Shown: positions 1 to 10,263, counted from the stretch's first letter. The stretch: 29,742 nucleotides of DNA from an uncultured Candidatus Poseidoniales archaeon (GCA_964645485.1 CAZXZO010000009.1:29612-59353), one strand, 5' to 3'. A program made the numbers and translations. Notes: a model not told the origin generated them from the sequence alone.

Positions 1-60
1 TTCAGGTTTCATTAAAGGAGGAAAATTAGGCTGAAAAATCAGCAAGATTGAGTGGCAAAT

Positions 61-345
61 TCAAGGTTCAATCTTTAATTTATCATCTATGAAAGCCCGC
101 ATATATTCGGGTAATTCACCATTGAGAAAAATGACATCATTCACTTCTTCAAGTTTCATCAAAGAGTAGTAAATTTGCATTGCAGTAGTGGGTGTTGCTG
201 AACACCCAGTACAGCCACCTTCAAGGGATATTGAAATTATTCCATCAGTAGTTGAAACAACATTTACCACGCCATCATGGGCATCTAATACCGCTTGAAT
301 AGGCCCCACAGATGCTAGAATTTTCTCCCGCTCTATTTCAGCCAT
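61..345 (-). CDS. NifU/NfuA-like C-terminal domain protein (Fe-S cluster scaffold/carrier)
   Basis: 94 aa. IQAVLDAHDG..V...LEGGCTGC matches the NifU-C pattern (L.G.C.GC, CxxC). SD-like GAGGCGG upstream of the ATG on the minus strand. Confidence 0.8.
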   Translation of the reverse strand: MAEIEREKILASVGPIQAVLDAHDGVVNVVSTTDGIISISLEGGCTGCSATPTTAMQIYYSLMKLEEVNDVIFLNGELPEYMRAFIDDKLKIEP

Positions 346-375
346 CTATCCGCCTCACATTGCCCACTACGCCCG

Positions 376-386
376 CCCTCTTTCAA
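376..386 (-). promoter_or_regulatory. Candidate degenerate TATA-like element TTGAAAGAGGG upstream of the NifU-like gene
   Basis: The identical 11-mer occurs at 3665-3675 (+) upstream of the lipoprotein gene. It starts 41 nt before the ATG here and 34 nt before the ATG there. Confidence 0.35.
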
Positions 387-495
387 CCATCCCTTGGTGG
401 TGATTATCAAAATCCATTTTTTGGGCTTGAAAATTGTTTCACTGGAAAGTTGTTCTTAGGAATCATTGATGACAAACATGCTCTACGATTGGAAC

Positions 496-1407
496 ATGGC
501 AAGAGGTCTTAGCGTCGCCCTTCTTGATCTCCTAGTTGAGCGTGCCGAATTTGGACATGGAGGTAATGTGGAGATACTTTTACCCCTTGCTGAAAGATTT
601 TCAACACTAGAGGTATTACTCCTGACCCCTCAATTTCAGTCTGCGGATGTTGATGAGCGTGCAAATCAAAAAGCAGGTACTGGATTGGTTCAATTGGTCA
701 GAGAAGACGTTCCAACTTGGGATGATGTTTTTCCTTTCGTCACTTCTCCTACAGATATTGACCTTCAACAGGTGAGTTCGGGAGAAGTCACAATGCAGAG
801 GGTTGCTTTGCCTTCAGCCGGCACTGACACTGTGGCAAAATGGCTTACTGCCAACTCAGTCGATGTCGTAATCTGTACCGGCAGCAGAAGAAATGTATCG
901 ATGTGGGAGCCATGGATGGAAGGTGCAGCCAGTTTATTGCGGGCCGCGGTATCATTGAAATTACCAACTCTTGGAATCTGTTTTGGTCACCAACTCTTGT
1001 GTAAAGCACTTGGTGGTGATGTGGTTAGAGCACAATCGCGGACAGATTTAGTAGTTGAATTGCAGTTAAGTGGGGATGGTAACCAAGACGAGATATTTGC
1101 GGGGCTCGGCACTCCAATTTGTCTATTCACTCACCAAGACCATGTGGAGGAACTTCCTAAACAAGCGGTGGTGTTAGGTTCTACTAGTCACAATTCATTG
1201 GCAAGTGTGAGAATTTTAGATGAACAAAATGAGCCACTTCCCATTTGGGGTTTGCAATTTCACCCAGAGGCTACAAAGAATCGGATAGAGCGTTCCGTTG
1301 GTCTTGGCCATATTTCAGCCGAAGAGGCAAAGTCGTTTGAAAGAGAACATGATGGGGCAGCAATTCTATCCAATTTTGCCTCTGTAGTGGCTAAAATCCA
1401 CACATAA
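496..1407 (+). CDS. Class I glutamine amidotransferase-like protein
   Basis: Nucleophile elbow LGICFGHQ and GLQFHPE His-Glu pair complete the Cys-His-Glu triad. Start chosen at ATG 496 (MARGLS); the ORF is open from 466. Confidence 0.85.
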   Translation: MARGLSVALLDLLVERAEFGHGGNVEILLPLAERFSTLEVLLLTPQFQSADVDERANQKAGTGLVQLVREDVPTWDDVFPFVTSPTDIDLQQVSSGEVTMQRVALPSAGTDTVAKWLTANSVDVVICTGSRRNVSMWEPWMEGAASLLRAAVSLKLPTLGICFGHQLLCKALGGDVVRAQSRTDLVVELQLSGDGNQDEIFAGLGTPICLFTHQDHVEELPKQAVVLGSTSHNSLASVRILDEQNEPLPIWGLQFHPEATKNRIERSVGLGHISAEEAKSFEREHDGAAILSNFASVVAKIHT

Positions 1408-1517
1408 TTGATAAAATCGGCTGAGATTCCGCTGTCTCTAAGAGGCAGTCACAGATGAGTTAAGTGGATATCGCTTATATGGTGACCTCAGGTCGGCGGG
1501 CCAATCAATCAGGTGAT

Positions 1518-3599
1518 ATGATGGATGGAACACAAGTAGGATTAATTGGAATAGCCGCTGGAATAGTTGGTTTAGTAATTGCAGCAATGCTGTATAAGAA
1601 GGTTGACTCAATCAAAATTGAGAACGAGACGGTGGCAAAAATCACCCAACGTATTCAAGATGGTGCAATGGCTTTCTTGTTTGCAGAATACCGTATGTTA
1701 TCGATATTCATCGTCGTAGTTGCAGTGCTTCTGTATGCTGGTGGTTCAGTAAACGATGATTTAGGAATGAATACAATGATTGCATTCATTATCGGCGCAC
1801 TTTGTAGTGTGGCTGCTGGATTTAGCGGAATGAAATCTGCAACATCTGCTAACGGCCGAACTGCACAAGCAGCGGCAGATGGCGGGCAGGCTGCTGCCCT
1901 CCAGACTTCATACAACGGTGGGGCTGTGATGGGACTTGCAGTAGGGGGTCTTGGCCTTGCCGGAATTTCATTGATGTACTACTTTACAGAAACAAATTTC
2001 CTTACTGTTGGCAACATTGCTGGCTTCGGAATGGGTGCTTCAAGCATCGCTCTCTTCGCCCGTGTGGGTGGTGGAATATACACTAAGGCTGCTGACGTTG
2101 GTGCTGACCTAGTCGGAAAAGTCGAAGCAGGAATTCCTGAGGATGACCCAAGAAACCCTGGTGTAATTGCAGACAATGTTGGCGACAATGTTGGTGACGT
2201 TGCTGGAATGGGTGCAGACATCTTTGAGTCCTTTGTTGGCTCAATCATCGCAGCCATGGTAATCGCTGCAGCAAGCGCTAATCTTGGTGCAGATTATCTA
2301 ATGATTCCAATTGCTCTAGCAGTAGTAGGTTACATCGCTTCAATCGTTGGAGTATTTTCAATGTCAGCCATGAAAAATATGGATGCAGCAGCGGCTCTTC
2401 GTAATACCACCTTTATTGCCGCTATACTCTTCCTAGTAGGCGGATATTTCGCTCTCGATTATCTCAATCTACCTACAACACCGATTTGGGCCGTAGCAAT
2501 TGGTTCTCTTGTGGGTATAATGATTGGACTTGTTACAGAGTACTACACTGGAATAGAGCCAGTGTTTGGAATTAATGTAAAGGCAATCCCTTACATCGGT
2601 GAAGCATCAAAGACAGGCAGTGCAACAAACGCAATTGCTGGTTTGGCTGTAGGAATGCAATCTGTATTCGTGCCAGTTTTGTTGATGGCTGTTGGAATAT
2701 TCGGTGCCAACCAAGTGATGGGTGGCGGAGATGCAGGACTTTACGGAATCGCAATGGCTGCTATGGGAATGCTAGGTACAGTTGGCGTGACTATGACAGT
2801 TGATGCATACGGGCCAGTCGCTGACAATGCGGGTGGAATCTCAGAGATGTCAGGTCTTGGCAAGGATGTCCGCGACATCACAGATGGACTTGACTCAATT
2901 GGAAACACAACTGCAGCAATCGGCAAAGGATTCGCAATTGGCAGTGCAGCTCTGACTGCATTAGCACTCTTCGCTGCTTTCCAGACAAGTGCTGGTTTGA
3001 CGCCTGCCGACCTTTCACTTTCAGAACCAATGGTAGTAATTGGTTTGTTGATTGGTGGCGCGCTTCCATTCGTGGTTGCTTCTATGACCATGAAGTCAGT
3101 CGGCCGTGCTGCTGAAGAAATGATTACTGAAATCCGCCGACAATTCAGAGAAATCGATGGTCTTTTGGAAGGTAAAGAAGGTGTTGAGCCTGACAGCGCA
3201 ACTTGCGTTGATATCTCGACCAAGGCTGCGCTACGAGAGATGGTCGCTCCAGGAGTAGTAGCAATTGCTAGCCCAGTTATCATTGGGTTCCTACTAGGTG
3301 CATCAGCACTTGGTGGAATGCTAGCCGGTGCAACAGCAACCGGTGTTCTAATGGCGCTATTCATGGCTAACGCTGGTGGCGCATGGGACAATGCAAAGAA
3401 AGCAATTGAACAAGGTGAAATTGATGGTGCAAAGAAGGGAGACGATGCTCACAACGCAGCAGTTGTTGGTGACACAATCGGAGACCCATTCAAGGACACA
3501 AGCGGACCTTCCCTAAACATTCTAATCAAGTTGATGTCAATCGTTTCAGTTGTCATCGCAGGAATGCTTGGAAGCGGCTGGTTGAACGGCTTGTTTTAG
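1518..3599 (+). CDS. hppA: Membrane-bound K+-dependent, probably Na+-translocating pyrophosphatase
   Basis: [58 protein letters not shown] and [14 protein letters not shown] motifs, with many TM helices. SD AGGTGA at 1511-1516 favours ATG 1518/1521 over GTG 1464. Confidence 0.97.
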   Translation: MMDGTQVGLIGIAAGIVGLVIAAMLYKKVDSIKIENETVAKITQRIQDGAMAFLFAEYRMLSIFIVVVAVLLYAGGSVNDDLGMNTMIAFIIGALCSVAAGFSGMKSATSANGRTAQAAADGGQAAALQTSYNGGAVMGLAVGGLGLAGISLMYYFTETNFLTVGNIAGFGMGASSIALFARVGGGIYTKAADVGADLVGKVEAGIPEDDPRNPGVIADNVGDNVGDVAGMGADIFESFVGSIIAAMVIAAASANLGADYLMIPIALAVVGYIASIVGVFSMSAMKNMDAAAALRNTTFIAAILFLVGGYFALDYLNLPTTPIWAVAIGSLVGIMIGLVTEYYTGIEPVFGINVKAIPYIGEASKTGSATNAIAGLAVGMQSVFVPVLLMAVGIFGANQVMGGGDAGLYGIAMAAMGMLGTVGVTMTVDAYGPVADNAGGISEMSGLGKDVRDITDGLDSIGNTTAAIGKGFAIGSAALTALALFAAFQTSAGLTPADLSLSEPMVVIGLLIGGALPFVVASMTMKSVGRAAEEMITEIRRQFREIDGLLEGKEGVEPDSATCVDISTKAALREMVAPGVVAIASPVIIGFLLGASALGGMLAGATATGVLMALFMANAGGAWDNAKKAIEQGEIDGAKKGDDAHNAAVVGDTIGDPFKDTSGPSLNILIKLMSIVSVVIAGMLGSGWLNGLF

Positions 3600-3647
3600 G
3601 CTGAATCCAATCATTGAGTTCGCACAAACGGGAATTCGCTTCAACGC

Positions 3648-3667
3648 GAATAGCCGATGGCCTATTG
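3648..3667. promoter_or_regulatory. Imperfect palindrome GAATAGCC-GAT-GGCCTATTG, candidate operator overlapping the TATA-like element
   Basis: Intergenic. 16/20 columns match the palindrome at 10209-10233. Confidence 0.35.
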
Positions 3668-3698
3668 AAAGAGGGACTAACACGAGGAATTGAAGAAC

Positions 3699-4691
3699 AT
3701 GGCTCAGAGGTCAGCAGTCGGTTTCGCACTTCTCCTCTTGCTAACTTCTTTGTCTGGTTGTCTAGGTGGAGGTAGTGACTCTTCTGACTTGTTAGGAGAA
3801 GATGATCCATTCAATGTTCCAACGTGGAATATTGCTGATTGGTGGTTGTACACATTTTCGACTCCAACATTCAGTGATGATACAACTCGGTTGGTTGTAG
3901 CAGAAGATGATGCCGAAGGTGATACTGCCTATATGTTGGCAATTTCAAATCGGGTTGAAGCCCGCCGCCACGCAGTGCTCAATCACAACCCATTTCTTGG
4001 CAGAATAACTCATGATAATTTAAGCGCATTTGAGGATGGGGAAGCCAGAGATGTCTTCAAATTCCCATTTCAAAAGCATGATAGTTGGCAATTCACATTG
4101 TTTGCAACAGAATGGACTGCTCAAGTAATTGAAGTACATCTAGAGAATAATGGTGTCACCAGCAATAGAATTGCAGTCATCACAGCATCTGGGGCCGACG
4201 GTTCATCCCTTGCCTACATTTTTGATGAGAGCGCAGGATTTCTTCGCACACTCATATGGACAGATTCTAGTGGAATTGACCAACTCAATATCCAATTAGC
4301 AACTTTTGGTTCAGGCCATGAAGGCGAAGTCTGGTTCATTCGTGGAGGCGATTTATTTTCCAAGGATTACACTTTGAGTGGCGGAGCAGACGCTGATGTT
4401 GAAGACTCATTTTTCGTAAGTGACCACCCAAGTGGGGAAGATTGGGATGAGATGATTTACTGGCTCAACGCGCGCATGGGTTCAGGAACTTCTTCTGGGA
4501 CTCTTAGTCTTAGAGACCATTTCTCGGCAACTGTTCTGTTTCGTGAATGGGGCCCTGGTGCGGAGGATGAGGGGCAACTAGGGACAATTCCTTACCCAAG
4601 TGGTGAGTACACATTGACCATAACACAGAGCGGAAATTCTGACATTTCCTTAATTGTCGCCGGTGCCATTTCCTATTCTTGGACACTCTAG
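3699..4691 (+). CDS. Hypothetical lipoprotein
   Basis: N-terminal hydrophobic stretch ending in lipobox LSGC (FALLLLLTSLSGCLGG). Acidic, aromatic-rich remainder with no recognised family. ORF open from TTG 3690. Confidence 0.7.
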   Translation: MAQRSAVGFALLLLLTSLSGCLGGGSDSSDLLGEDDPFNVPTWNIADWWLYTFSTPTFSDDTTRLVVAEDDAEGDTAYMLAISNRVEARRHAVLNHNPFLGRITHDNLSAFEDGEARDVFKFPFQKHDSWQFTLFATEWTAQVIEVHLENNGVTSNRIAVITASGADGSSLAYIFDESAGFLRTLIWTDSSGIDQLNIQLATFGSGHEGEVWFIRGGDLFSKDYTLSGGADADVEDSFFVSDHPSGEDWDEMIYWLNARMGSGTSSGTLSLRDHFSATVLFREWGPGAEDEGQLGTIPYPSGEYTLTITQSGNSDISLIVAGAISYSWTL

Positions 4692-4699
4692 GTGATTCC

Positions 4700-5284
4700 A
4701 TGACCGGGCATTTCGTGATGTTACACGGGATGACAGGTTCAGCAGAAAAGATGAGACCACTGGCTGAAAAATTCTGCCCGCCGGGTTGGGATGTGTTGGT
4801 TCTTGATGCTCCATTACCCCACCCGCGCGGCGGTTTTGCGTGGTGGATAAGAGATACTCTTCCAACTGAAAATCTGGATGAAGAGACGATTTCACAATTG
4901 CAGGCATCTGTTGACTTTGTTGTCGATAACCTGCCTGCTCATGGTCCATTAATTGTCGGTGGGTTTTCACAAGGTGGCGCAGTTGCTCAAGAATTGTTAT
5001 TGACCGAAGTCGCGCAAAGGATTGTTGGTGTTGTAGTGCTTGGAAGCAAGGCAGCAAGACCACTTATCTTACTCGAGAAATTATGTGAGTTGCCTCCTCA
5101 ACATATGTTTTCCATGCATGGGGAGCGAGATTCAATCGTGCCCGTTGAGGAGGCAGAAGAATATGTTAGACTGTACCAAGAAGCAGGTTGGGATGTCACA
5201 ACAGTGAGGCATCATAAAGGCCACATGGTTGACCTTGGTAGTGAAGATGAACTTCACAATTGGTTGAGAGAAAAAGTTGCTTGA
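4700..5284 (+). CDS. Phospholipase/carboxylesterase (alpha/beta hydrolase, Abhydrolase_2-like)
   Basis: MLHG oxyanion segment, GFSQGG nucleophile, HGERDSIVP Asp and KGH His. SD AGGTGA at 4690-4695 precedes ATG 4700. Confidence 0.88.
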   Translation: MTGHFVMLHGMTGSAEKMRPLAEKFCPPGWDVLVLDAPLPHPRGGFAWWIRDTLPTENLDEETISQLQASVDFVVDNLPAHGPLIVGGFSQGGAVAQELLLTEVAQRIVGVVVLGSKAARPLILLEKLCELPPQHMFSMHGERDSIVPVEEAEEYVRLYQEAGWDVTTVRHHKGHMVDLGSEDELHNWLREKVA

Positions 5285-5290
5285 CCTGTT

Positions 5291-5554
5291 TCAAAGGTAT
5301 CCTTGGAGTTGGTCAGCACCGCCAACAAACACCGGTTCATCGCCACGCACATCCCAAATTGCAGGAACAGTGCGGTGACCTGTCATTTCTACGACTTTCA
5401 TCTGTAAGTTCGGATTATTTTCTACATTGTGCTCTTCAAATGAGAGTTTTTTTGCCCCTAGTAAATTCTTAGCTTTCGTACAGTAGGGACACCAATTTGA
5501 GGTGAACATCACAAAGTCCTTCTTACATCGCTTGAGTACTCTATTGACTGGCAT
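5291..5554 (-). CDS. Glutaredoxin (dithiol, CPYC)
   Basis: WCPYC active site, RTVP cis-Pro loop and VGGAD motif. Start chosen at ATG 5554; the ORF is open from 5584. Confidence 0.93.
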   Translation of the reverse strand: MPVNRVLKRCKKDFVMFTSNWCPYCTKAKNLLGAKKLSFEEHNVENNPNLQMKVVEMTGHRTVPAIWDVRGDEPVFVGGADQLQGYL

Positions 5555-5619
5555 ATTATCAAGCGAATGCCCGACCTTCATCAATGCTTGTTTGAAAGTG
5601 CACTTGATTATTTAGAGCA

Positions 5620-8600
5620 TCAACCAAGTTGAATGGAAGTATCTTCAACTGGTTCCATGATGTTTTCTTGGCCTGTGTCAAGAAGGAATGACCCATCTTC
5701 TTGCATCCACCATCTTTGACCATCTGGTAGGAGATACCATGTTACTCCTGTTGAGGTGTCGTACGTACCTCCACTTGGGAGTTGTTCATGGTTTGCCACA
5801 TAGGTGTGGATGGGTGCTTGCTCAATTTCACTTATGGATTCAGCAGTTGGGACGTTTTCAGAATCACCTATTTGGTGTTCAGTGACGTTTTGGTCGCCAA
5901 GTTCTTCAGTTTCAAATTCATCATCTTCCCCCGGAACATTTGATTTGAACATCAGATAGAGTCCTATTGCTGCTAGGCCTGCAAGCAGTAATGCAAAGAG
6001 GACAATCATTGCAACTCCGCCAGTGCTTGCTCCGCCTGAGTTGACGCCGGTGTTGGATGAGTTATCATCAACTGTAGGTGAGTTTGGATTTTGGGGGGGT
6101 TCAATTGTTAGATTGCTAATTGATTGTAAGCCAACATTATCTGTTACTCTGACAAAGAGGTCAACATCACTCCAGTTTGACCAAATAATTGCCCCGTTGG
6201 AGGGATATTCCTGCCAACTTAAATTATCCCAAGCCCATTCAATTGAGGAGATACCACTTCCGTCTCCATCATTCAACTGCAAACTAACTTCCAGTACAGG
6301 CGGGCCAGCATATTGGGCACCCAATTGGGTAATTGAAACAGTTGGGGCAGTTCTATCAATTCTCACCCACATCGCATCTGCATCGGATGGGTTTCCTACA
6401 ACATCCAACGCCCTGACTTCAATCGAATGGCGGCCATCAGTGAGTGAAGTGACATTTAGAGAAGTTGAGGTGTTTGTGATATCAGACCACAATCCGCCAG
6501 CCCAGCGAATTTGATAGTGAGAAAATCCTGAGCCACCATTATCTGTCACTGCGCTCCAAGAGATTTCGACTTCTGAGCCTCCAACCCATTCTGTCAACTC
6601 TGTGAATGTTGGTTTTTCTGGGGGTTCTAAGTCTGGGACCTCAGTCGCGTTTACCGTGAGGATTTTCAGTGTGTATGCTCCTCCAGTTTCAGTCTGTATC
6701 TTTGAAATACGGATGTGGTAAATTCGTGATGTGTTACTCAAATCATCATTTGTCAATTGGAGGCTAACCCTTGAGGTGCCCGAATCTAATGTGCCATTAT
6801 CAACTGAATTTGTGCCGTTTAACAGTTCAATCGTTAAGGGGTGGCCATCATTTTCAATTGAAACACCTAGGCGTTTTCCACCATGAAGGACGACTGCAAA
6901 CCAATCGTGATTATCGCCATCCATCAGACAGCCTTCAATTGTCATGGATTCAACATCAATTCCAAGTTGAGTTGCAGATGCACGGGCTGCTGGCGCATCT
7001 GAGGTGCCATTGCCATCTGTTGCTGGGTTAATGCAACCTCCAGTTGTTTCATCAATAGGGTCAGGTGCATCTTCACTCACCACCAAAGGATTTGCTGAGA
7101 TAGCGATGTTGTTACCTTCTTCATCTTCTTGATGCTGGTCACTGGTATCGACCTTTAGAATCGCCCACCACGTTCCTTCATCATCATCTGAAAGTTGTAC
7201 TTGAGTATCATCTTGAGTGGAGGTGCTGGGCCCAAGATTGGTTATGGAATATGAGGTAATAAGGCGGTCATTGCTATCCCAAACATTGTTTTGTGAAAGC
7301 CAAATTTCAACATCAAAACTTGCTTGTTCAACACCTAAGTTTTGCATCTCCCACTGTAAGGTGATGGTTTGTCCGGGCTCAGCAGAAGTTGGACCAGTGA
7401 TCCATTTCGCCAATAAATCGTTAGAAGGATTAGTTACCTCAAAAGAAGTTCCAAATCCTTCATTGTCACTCTCATCTGACTCAGAGATAGCATTTGCATA
7501 GTCTACAATTGCCATAATACGATACGACCCAGAAGGAGATGTCGGGAGTTGGACAGTTCTAGTGATTTCAACATTTGACCCAGATGCAAGCGATGTGATA
7601 TTCAAGGTTTCTAGCAAATAATCAGGTTGACCGGCAGGATCCAAGATTTCAGCAAAAAGCGCTAATTGATGTCTACCAACGTTTGCTCCGCCAGCGTTTT
7701 CAACAACCACTGAAATTTCCACAGACTGCCCAAGCATAGTTGGGCCAGGGTTGCTAACAGAAATTATCCTCAAATTTGCCTGTAAAATACAAACTTGATT
7801 AGATGCGGCAAGGCTATTGTCATTTTCATTTAATTCAACAACTACATCATTCATGTCGACAATGATGCCGTAATACCAGCAACCTGAACCAATGTTAGAA
7901 GGAATGGTGACGTCCAAAGTGTCGCTGATGGTAGAACTCGCACCAATACTTGTGATAGTTGCAGCCCCAAGGTGGGTGTCAGTTGTGTCAATTGTTGGAT
8001 TGGAAGAAAGGAACAAATCGATTGGGAAATTCCCTGCTTCACCCATGCCTGAGTTTTCAAATGAATAAGACAAGGTCACTGTTTGCCCGGGTAAAACTGA
8101 GGTAGGCCCACTGAGCGAAGTTGGCGTGAGGTCAGGAGTACAATCGAGCACCGTTAATTGTTGAGATGAAGTGTCAAAAATGTTATTGTTCTCATCAGAT
8201 TCAGAAATTTGATAATATGAATCAACAAATACAGACGCATAATAATTGCCTGAAGTCATTGATGCAGGAATAGGCCCACTAACCTGTAAATTGTAAGATG
8301 ATACACTACCACTTCCACTAGCATGGCCAATACTTGTCCAAGAACCAGCGGCACCTGTTTGTGAGAAAAGGACTTCAAAATAATGTGAGCCTGCATTGAC
8401 ATTGCCTTGATTTGAAACACCTACATTGACAGTTACAAATTCCTCTGTACAGATTGTCGAGGTCGAGGAGTCAACTGAGATAGAGTCGGCGCGGAGGTCA
8501 GGAGTAGCAACTGTGATTGATATTGAATTACCAGCAATTGCGTTGTTGTTCTCATCTCCTTCGGTCACATAATCAGAGGTGTCAGCAATAATTCCCCAGT

Positions 8601-10155
8601 AATAATTTTGATTTGAGAGGCTGCTTGGAATTGTAACACTAAGTTGGCCGCTTCTGTAGGAACCCCCATTTATGGAGGAGGCATAATTTGACGAACCTAG
8701 AACCGTATCAGAGGATGTGATAGTTGCATCAGTAGAAAGGTATGCTTTCCAATAAAACCAACCCGATGAATCATCTCCATCATTGTCAATTCTCCAATTG
8801 AGATTTACCGTATCTCCAGTGTATGCTGATGTTGGGCCACTTGGGTTATCAGGGACTAAATCTGCCTGCTCTTCAACGTCAAGGCGTCCAGTATCAGCGA
8901 CGACGTTGTTTGTTTCGTCAAGTTCAGTCACTGAGTTTCGGTTGTCAGCAATCATGCCAAGATAGTAGTATCCTGGATTGATACCGGTTGGAATCTGAAC
9001 GCTGTATTTGGTTCCTGAACTGTAGTATCCTGAAGAGATGCTGCTCTGGCTAAATTCGTCAACATAGACATCATTAGTTGTGATGGTCGTATCTGTAGAT
9101 AAGTAGAGTTTCCAATGGAATGAACCGGTGTAATCATGCCCATCGTTTTCAATTCTGTAGGTTACTGAAATCGTATCCCCCATTACTACTGAACTTGTTG
9201 ATGTCCCAACGCTATCTGCAACAACGTCTGCCAAATCATCTTCGATGGTAATTTGGGTACTGCAAGTGTAGGCATTATTTGTTTCACTCTGCTCATCAAC
9301 ATCTGTTCTTACATCAATTAAGAATCCCCAATAGTATGTGCCAGGGTTCATTGAACTAGGGATGCGGTTAGTGGTGCTTAGGGTGTCAGTGCTGTAACTT
9401 CCCCCGCTAATACTAGATTCGTACTGGTCACTACCAACCTGCTCATCATTGCTGGTTATGGTGCTGTCAGTACTGAGGTACATTGCCCAATAAAAAGTCC
9501 CCGAGTTTGCAATATAGCTACCACCGGGGTCATTGTCAAATCCGACAGTTATCGTAGAATCAATATTGTCTCCAACAACTCCTGTTGAGGGTGCCGTGCA
9601 ACTTCTTCCAGTAAGGTCTGGCGCCTCATCAATAGTTACTCTTCCATCATCGTCATAGTTGTTATTTTCATTAGTTTCACTGATTTGATTATTGATGTCA
9701 GCAAGTGCTCCTACATAATATCGTCCGCCATTTATTGTTGTTGGAATCTGCACAGTTTTGTACATTGTTGAAGTAGTATATCCTGAGGACATCGTGGACC
9801 TTGACCAAGTTCCCAATTCAATATCACTGGTAGTGATTGTTGAATCTGTTGAGAGGTATATCCCCCAATAGAAAGAACCGCTAGTTGAGGCAGTTCCTTG
9901 GTTCTCTATCCTAACACTAACACTCTTTGAGTCACCAGCATCAGCGCTTGACCAACTAGCGTAAATATAGTCGATAACTAGGTCTGAATTACCTCTGCCT
10001 GAGGTGGCATCAAGGTTGTGAAGTTCAGTTTGTATTTGGTCCACTTCTAAGGTAGTTTCATCACTGTTTTGGATGGTAGGGGCAGGGATATAACTCGCTA
10101 ACATTAGAGCGAGAAAGAGTGTTCCTGCGAAGGTTGCAATCCTAGTGGCCGCCAA
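5620..10155 (-). CDS. Large membrane-anchored surface protein: 8 CARDB-like repeats, PPC-like and Ig/FN3-like domains, C-terminal TM and cytoplasmic tail
   Basis: N-terminal signal. Eight repeats of DL...G....N.G......YLSTD.TIT..D....G.YY....D....E.DE.NN, then a G.L...D..DWF segment, SWSAVTD.GGSG...H...VRA.D.VGN, and TM GVAMIVLFALLLAGLAAIGLYLMF. The TTG start has a perfect SD GAGGTGA upstream. Confidence 0.85.
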   Translation of the reverse strand: MAATRIATFAGTLFLALMLASYIPAPTIQNSDETTLEVDQIQTELHNLDATSGRGNSDLVIDYIYASWSSADAGDSKSVSVRIENQGTASTSGSFYWGIYLSTDSTITTSDIELGTWSRSTMSSGYTTSTMYKTVQIPTTINGGRYYVGALADINNQISETNENNNYDDDGRVTIDEAPDLTGRSCTAPSTGVVGDNIDSTITVGFDNDPGGSYIANSGTFYWAMYLSTDSTITSNDEQVGSDQYESSISGGSYSTDTLSTTNRIPSSMNPGTYYWGFLIDVRTDVDEQSETNNAYTCSTQITIEDDLADVVADSVGTSTSSVVMGDTISVTYRIENDGHDYTGSFHWKLYLSTDTTITTNDVYVDEFSQSSISSGYYSSGTKYSVQIPTGINPGYYYLGMIADNRNSVTELDETNNVVADTGRLDVEEQADLVPDNPSGPTSAYTGDTVNLNWRIDNDGDDSSGWFYWKAYLSTDATITSSDTVLGSSNYASSINGGSYRSGQLSVTIPSSLSNQNYYWGIIADTSDYVTEGDENNNAIAGNSISITVATPDLRADSISVDSSTSTICTEEFVTVNVGVSNQGNVNAGSHYFEVLFSQTGAAGSWTSIGHASGSGSVSSYNLQVSGPIPASMTSGNYYASVFVDSYYQISESDENNNIFDTSSQQLTVLDCTPDLTPTSLSGPTSVLPGQTVTLSYSFENSGMGEAGNFPIDLFLSSNPTIDTTDTHLGAATITSIGASSTISDTLDVTIPSNIGSGCWYYGIIVDMNDVVVELNENDNSLAASNQVCILQANLRIISVSNPGPTMLGQSVEISVVVENAGGANVGRHQLALFAEILDPAGQPDYLLETLNITSLASGSNVEITRTVQLPTSPSGSYRIMAIVDYANAISESDESDNEGFGTSFEVTNPSNDLLAKWITGPTSAEPGQTITLQWEMQNLGVEQASFDVEIWLSQNNVWDSNDRLITSYSITNLGPSTSTQDDTQVQLSDDDEGTWWAILKVDTSDQHQEDEEGNNIAISANPLVVSEDAPDPIDETTGGCINPATDGNGTSDAPAARASATQLGIDVESMTIEGCLMDGDNHDWFAVVLHGGKRLGVSIENDGHPLTIELLNGTNSVDNGTLDSGTSRVSLQLTNDDLSNTSRIYHIRISKIQTETGGAYTLKILTVNATEVPDLEPPEKPTFTELTEWVGGSEVEISWSAVTDNGGSGFSHYQIRWAGGLWSDITNTSTSLNVTSLTDGRHSIEVRALDVVGNPSDADAMWVRIDRTAPTVSITQLGAQYAGPPVLEVSLQLNDGDGSGISSIEWAWDNLSWQEYPSNGAIIWSNWSDVDLFVRVTDNVGLQSISNLTIEPPQNPNSPTVDDNSSNTGVNSGGASTGGVAMIVLFALLLAGLAAIGLYLMFKSNVPGEDDEFETEELGDQNVTEHQIGDSENVPTAESISEIEQAPIHTYVANHEQLPSGGTYDTSTGVTWYLLPDGQRWWMQEDGSFLLDTGQENIMEPVEDTSIQLG

Positions 10156-10208
10156 TGCCTCACCTCATTAGCCGTCAACATATGGCGGTGATGAAGGTTG
10201 TTATCATT

Positions 10209-10233
10209 GTGAATAGGCCTACGGCCAATTCAC
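10209..10233. promoter_or_regulatory. Near-perfect 25-bp palindrome GTGAATAGGCC-TAC-GGCCAATTCAC (operator or RNA hairpin)
   Basis: 11-bp arms with 1 mismatch and a 3-nt spacer. Lies between the M60 stop (10264) and the CARDB start (10155). Confidence 0.5.
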
Positions 10234-10263
10234 CCATTTCCAATAATAGTAATCCTTCTCCTG

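Noticed and set aside
346-495. tRNA or structured ncRNA in the longest left-hand intergenic region
   Set aside because: No cloverleaf or T-loop motif; consistent with a divergent promoter region.
1432-1448. Hairpin CTGTCTC-TAA-GAGGCAG upstream of hppA
   Set aside because: 7-bp stem with a G-U pair and no U-tract; expected by chance.
2741-3391. 216-aa minus-strand ORF
   Set aside because: Antisense shadow of hppA, explained by the codon bias of a Gly/Ala-rich membrane protein; no motifs.
6023-9152. Plus- and minus-strand short ORFs inside the CARDB gene (e.g. 6023-6514)
   Set aside because: Fully overlapped by a well-supported 1511-aa CDS; no motifs or SD.
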